A DNA stretch of 64,000 nucleotides from Myxococcota bacterium. GTDB taxonomy: Bacteria > Myxococcota > JACRCW01. Below, in pieces: positions 60,801 to 64,000 of this stretch. Made by a program: the position numbers and the translations under genes. The stretch spans positions 1 to 64,000 of the forward strand of contig JBFMGU010000009.1 of assembly GCA_040752415.1 (NCBI GenBank), written 5' to 3'. Within the stretch, counting starts at the first letter, position 1. Each line of letters opens with the position of its first letter. The notes under the pieces were generated by a model. The model saw only the letters and a program-made list of their open reading frames with translations, was not told the origin of the DNA and searched no databases.

Positions 60801-62647
60801 GTGGCAACCTCACCTTCACGCCCTACAACAGCGACACCGGTGAAACCGTCATCATGGGCAACCTCGACGTCGACACCGCCGTGACGCTGACCGGCTCGCA
60901 GCCGCTGCGGGTGGTGGGCACGTTGGACACGGTGAGCGGCAGCACCATCGACAACAACGCCATCCTGCTCGGCGGCCAGTCGGGCACCTCGCTGGTGGCG
61001 GGTGACTTCACGCCCAACACGGTGACCTTCCTCTCGTCGGGGGGGGATGCGCCGGCCAAGGCGGGCCTGGGTTACCGCACCGTGATCGTGCAGGGCACCG
61101 TGACCTTCGGCGACGGCGCCACCATGAGCACGCTGACGCTCAACACCAGCACCGCCATTGCGCGCTTTGCTGGCGTGGCCACGGTGAACGGCAACGTCAG
61201 TGTGGACCTGGGAGAGGTTGTCGTCGACGGCACGGACGGTGTCACCGTCACCGGTTCCTTCACCACCGTCTACAACGTCAGTGGTGGCGGCACGCTGCGC
61301 ATGGAAGGTGGCGAGCTCGACGTCACGGGCGCGGTGACCTTCGGCGGCGGCAGCACCAACAACAAGCTCAGCGGCGGGACGCTGCGCGCACGCGGCGCTT
61401 TCGACGCCACCACCTCCGGCGCGTTCACGGCGGGTGGTGAGCACACGGTGATCCTGGAGGGCGCGGCCGCGCAGACGGTCCGTTTCACTGGCGGCGGCGT
61501 GAACACCTGGCAGAACCACTTCCAGCACCTGCAGGTCCTCTCCGGTGGCAACGTCACCTTCACGCCCTACAACAACGACACCGGTGAGACCGTCGTCATG
61601 GGCAACCTCGACGTGGCGTCGGACGGACATGACGTGCTGGGCGGTCAGCCGGTCCGCGTCGTGGGCGAGGTGTCCTCCGCCGCCACCACCACCATCCGGC
61701 TCAGCCGCATCCTGCTGGGCGGGGTCATGGGCACCACCCTGGTGGCCGGCACGTTCACGCCCACGGAGGCCCATTTCGTCAACACCGTCGAGGCCACGCT
61801 CGACAGCGCGCTGGGCTATCGCACCGTGGTGGTGTTGGGGCCGGTGCAGGTGGAGAACGGGACCACCATGGAGAACCTGACGCTCAACAGCGGCGCCGCC
61901 GCGGTGCGGCCACAGGGACGGATGGACGTGAATGGCACCGTCACCATCACCCGCGGAGAGCTGTTCATCGACGTGGGCGACGACGTCCGCGTCAGCGGCA
62001 CCTTTACCACCGCGTATGACTTCTCCGGGGGCGGCACACTCAACATGCAGGGCGGCTCGCTCACCGTGGTGGGGAACATGACGTTCGGCGGCGGCAGCAC
62101 CCAGGGCAAGCTCACCGCAGGAACCATCCACGCCAAGTCCGGGTTCGACGTGACGGCGGGAAGCGCGTTCTCCGCCAGCGGGTCCCACGTCGTCATCCTG
62201 GATGGCGCGAGCACCCAGCAGGTGCGCTTCAGCTCGGGCGGCACTTTCAACTACAACAACCACTTCCAGGAACTGGAGGTCCGCTCCGGCTCCACCGTCA
62301 CGTTCGCGCCCTACAACAGCGACACCGGCAACGTGGTGGCGCTGGGCAACATGGACGTGGACACCGCCGTGACGCTGAGCCAGCCACTGCAGGTCTCCGG
62401 CGCCCTCCTCGTCGAGGCCACCGGCAACGTGGGCTTCTCGCGCAACACCACGGTGGGCACGGACCTGGATCTCTACGGCACGGCCACCGTCAGCAATGCC
62501 ACCATCATCATCAACAACACGCTCTACCAGCGCGACACCTCCACGCTCACCGTCAACGCCGGCGGCACGGTGAACGTGGGCGGTGGTTGCTCGCGCTCGG
62601 CGGGTTACAGCCAGACGGGAACGGTGAACGGGCCGGGCTGCTCCTGA
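57803..62647 (+). CDS. Giant lipoprotein adhesin-like protein: Cys module, DA(G/A) linker, cadherin/Ig-like domain, beta-helical 248-aa repeats
   Basis: LATGC; NRAPVA...DPDGNAITY...ATDG; W...NWSP; tandem repeats. Confidence 0.88.
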   Translation: MNRRSYMTPRALLLRALPLATLATGCYFLPTDEYPCSSDADCAGLPRSICDVEKNVCTNTTIVTILPWLQDGGLQTVVDSGVVVIIKDGGPPLPDAATSDDASIPDAATNPDGAVITDAAVAGDAALSDAGVVDLDGGTTDAATSDAAVGTDAGVDFDAAVGVDRYLPPGNRAPVAYGGALLTTPGVTGTGTLRAEDPDGNAITYVLLDPIPEGLTLLDASTGLYSFTSNTSGALTFRFRATDGQLTSNEALVEVRVVGDSLRSRTWVGGDGSNPRGWAVANNWSPPQIPDTNDDVLIPDTTNDPLVSANAVVHSIYVLAGAEIEVGGTAELNAKGDVMAGGLTRGTGKLVMEPPANAPSKAFGTFGNLDIRANAGTLGPVLADTLRVAGAQWFGQQVQFTVGGQRIEVTRTLTTENGGTLVMTSPLDYVVVGGKATFNGNSQGVLTNGVLELRNDLDILGGTAFTASDEHKVLLTGSSQTLRMSGGGTNNWSAHLQDLEVQSTLGVTFTSVNGDNSEHVIMGNLDVTSPTVTLRGSQTVRVLGDLVTVEQSTVDLAGIVLTATTGTELVAGAFTPDTVTFAATTEATMKSGLGYQAVRALGPVLVADGSTMDALSLQATTAVVRLEGNATVNGNVSVELGELVVDGADDVTVSGSFTTVYNVSGGGTLRMEGGELDVTGAVTFGGGNTNNKLIGGTLRARGAFDATTSGAFTAGGEHTVILEGAAAQTVRFTGGGVNTWQNHFQHLQVLSGGNLTFTPYNSDTGETVIMGNLDVDTAVTLTGSQPLRVVGTLDTVSGSTIDNNAILLGGQSGTSLVAGDFTPNTVTFLSSGGDAPAKAGLGYRTVIVQGTVTFGDGATMSTLTLNTSTAIARFAGVATVNGNVSVDLGEVVVDGTDGVTVTGSFTTVYNVSGGGTLRMEGGELDVTGAVTFGGGSTNNKLIGGTLRARGAFDATTSGAFTAGGEHTVILEGAAAQTVRFTGGGVNTWQNHFQHLQVLSGGNLTFTPYNSDTGETVIMGNLDVDTAVTLTGSQPLRVVGTLDTVSGSTIDNNAILLGGQSGTSLVAGDFTPNTVTFLSSGGDAPAKAGLGYRTVIVQGTVTFGDGATMSTLTLNTSTAIARFAGVATVNGNVSVDLGEVVVDGTDGVTVTGSFTTVYNVSGGGTLRMEGGELDVTGAVTFGGGSTNNKLSGGTLRARGAFDATTSGAFTAGGEHTVILEGAAAQTVRFTGGGVNTWQNHFQHLQVLSGGNVTFTPYNNDTGETVVMGNLDVASDGHDVLGGQPVRVVGEVSSAATTTIRLSRILLGGVMGTTLVAGTFTPTEAHFVNTVEATLDSALGYRTVVVLGPVQVENGTTMENLTLNSGAAAVRPQGRMDVNGTVTITRGELFIDVGDDVRVSGTFTTAYDFSGGGTLNMQGGSLTVVGNMTFGGGSTQGKLTAGTIHAKSGFDVTAGSAFSASGSHVVILDGASTQQVRFSSGGTFNYNNHFQELEVRSGSTVTFAPYNSDTGNVVALGNMDVDTAVTLSQPLQVSGALLVEATGNVGFSRNTTVGTDLDLYGTATVSNATIIINNTLYQRDTSTLTVNAGGTVNVGGGCSRSAGYSQTGTVNGPGCS
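59693..61614 (+). repeat. Intragenic tandem repeat, 744-bp unit, about 2.6 near-identical copies
   Basis: ACGGTGAACGGCAACGTCAGTGTGGA at 59693, 60437 and 61181. Confidence 0.95.
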
Positions 62648-62651
62648 GCCG

Positions 62652-63587
62652 TCACGGCGCCAGCAACGAGATCCCGAACGCCGCGGAGAAGACCACGCCC
62701 ATCACCAGCGCCAACGCGGAGAGCCCCACCGCGCCGCCCAGCGCCACGTTGGCCAGGAACGCCACGTTGGCGTTGACCTTGTGCGTACCGCCCGGGCGCC
62801 CGCCGCTGAGGAAGTCCACGCCGGCCACCACGCCCGCCCCCGCGTACAGCCCCGCGGAGAGCATCAGCACCAGGGCAAACATGGCCGCGCCGGCAATACC
62901 CACCGCGCGCGCCGCCACGGCGGGCTGGAACGCGCCGGTGGGGGCGGGCTCGGGAGGCTTTTCCGTCGTGGGAGCGGGCGGGGGCGCGGTGGCGGGCGGC
63001 GGGGCGTCGGGAACGGGTGTGGCCACCAGCTCGCGCACCGTGGGTGTTTCCGGAACCGGGGCGGGGACGGGCGGAGGCGTCGGTGCCAACGGGGCCAACC
63101 TGGCCTGCGCGATCATCTTCTCCGCCGCCGGATGCAGCGCGTCCAACAACGCTTCCTCGTCCTTGCCCTTGAAGCGCTGGCTGAGCGTGGCCACCACCTT
63201 GGACGACGCCACCTCCAGCATGCGCAGGTTCAGCAGGTAGCTGCTGCCCAGCTTGCCCATGTTCCCCACCAGCAGGTGCGTCACCCCCAGCGCACCCGCC
63301 ATGTCCTGGTCCACCAGCGCGCACTCGTCGGAGGCGCAGCGCATCAGGAACTTCTGCTGCTCCGGCGGCATCAACGCGGCAATGTCCTGCGGCGTCACCA
63401 CGCGCGTGAACACGTTGGCGGCGCGCATCTCCGCCACCAGCGCCTCCGTCAGCAGCTCCGCCACCGGCGCGGGAACGTTGACCTTGGCCTCCAACGGAAA
63501 CACCGCCAGGGAGGCCTTCTGCTCGTCGGCGCGCGAGGGCGCGGCGGCACCGAGCAACACCATCACGCACGCAACGCGAAGCATCAT
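62652..63587 (-). CDS. Secreted/membrane protein: TolB-N/CsgG-like domain, Pro-rich linker, C-terminal TM hairpin
   Basis: Signal; LAVFPL...CASDEC...GNMGKLGSSYLLNLRML. Confidence 0.75.
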   Translation of the reverse strand: MMLRVACVMVLLGAAAPSRADEQKASLAVFPLEAKVNVPAPVAELLTEALVAEMRAANVFTRVVTPQDIAALMPPEQQKFLMRCASDECALVDQDMAGALGVTHLLVGNMGKLGSSYLLNLRMLEVASSKVVATLSQRFKGKDEEALLDALHPAAEKMIAQARLAPLAPTPPPVPAPVPETPTVRELVATPVPDAPPPATAPPPAPTTEKPPEPAPTGAFQPAVAARAVGIAGAAMFALVLMLSAGLYAGAGVVAGVDFLSGGRPGGTHKVNANVAFLANVALGGAVGLSALALVMGVVFSAAFGISLLAP

Positions 63588-63752
63588 GCGGCACCCTGGA
63601 GATGACGCGCGCATCATAGGCGTGCGGCCCCCTGGGCGTCCACGTGGGCGCCGGCGTTTCCCGCCGTGACGACGTGTGGACACCACGCTGCTTTCCCCCT
63701 AATGACTTCGCGCCGACCGCGGGCGTGGCCCAGGGTCGGTCGGAGCAACGCC

Positions 63753-64000
63753 ATGAAACCCACTCCTCCCGCCCTGCCCGCACTTCCCCTCGTGGGCAAC
63801 GCGGTGCAATTCGCCACGCGTCGTCATGAGTTCCTGCGGGAGGGTCTGCAGCGCCTGGGTCCCATCTTCTCCTTCAAGCTGGCGCGCCAGCCCGTGGCCG
63901 TGTTGATTGGGCCGGAATTCCACCAGGAGTTCTTCGTCCAGACCGACGCCACGCTGAACATCGAGAAGCCGTACACGCATCTCGCCGCCATGTTCGGCAA
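63753..64000 (+). CDS. Cytochrome P450, CYP51-like (5' partial, runs off the window)
   Basis: GGAG RBS; MKPTPPALPALPLVGNAVQF...LGPIFSFKL...VLIGPEFHQEFF...PY...MFG. Confidence 0.75.
   Translation, partial: MKPTPPALPALPLVGNAVQFATRRHEFLREGLQRLGPIFSFKLARQPVAVLIGPEFHQEFFVQTDATLNIEKPYTHLAAMFG

Noticed and set aside
59693..61614. Possible DGR template/variable repeat pair
   Set aside because: In-frame tandem copies, differences not adenine-specific, and no reverse transcriptase in the window.
59648..62263. Long antisense ORFs here and at 1651-4209, 4399-6453, 21873-24365, 25083-27035 and 49905-52121
   Set aside because: Shadow frames of real genes in high-GC DNA; no motifs and biased composition.

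Overview
GC-rich, gene-dense bacterial chromosome segment with a Myxococcota-like gene style: a MYXO-CTERM-type tail, DUF4388 and PEGA proteins, Cys-rich lipoproteins and poly-Ser linkers. The taxonomy is inferred, not proven. About 50 CDS are supportable. Housekeeping genes are pckG, nth, an FKBP PPIase, an isoaspartyl peptidase and a six-gene acetylated-type arginine operon (argF'-argG-argE-argB/NAGS-K-argC-argH). The rest is mostly large secreted or surface proteins. I saw no rRNA, tRNA, CRISPR array or intact transposase. Best candidates for undescribed biology: (1) a coupled operon of a degenerate MCP-like receptor, a MauG/MbnH-type diheme enzyme, a c'-like cytochrome and a type-1 copper protein; (2) an operon of an active-site-altered PLP decarboxylase, an SDR, a methyltransferase and a TMTC-like glycosyltransferase; (3) a LysM-fused full-length goose-type lysozyme facing a papain/C39-like protein; (4) a 56-bp intergenic motif present twice; (5) a dispersed long-palindrome family; (6) a surface protein with 744-bp near-identical repeats; (7) a CYP51-like P450 at the right edge. 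All family calls come from motif recognition by eye. No database searches were run.
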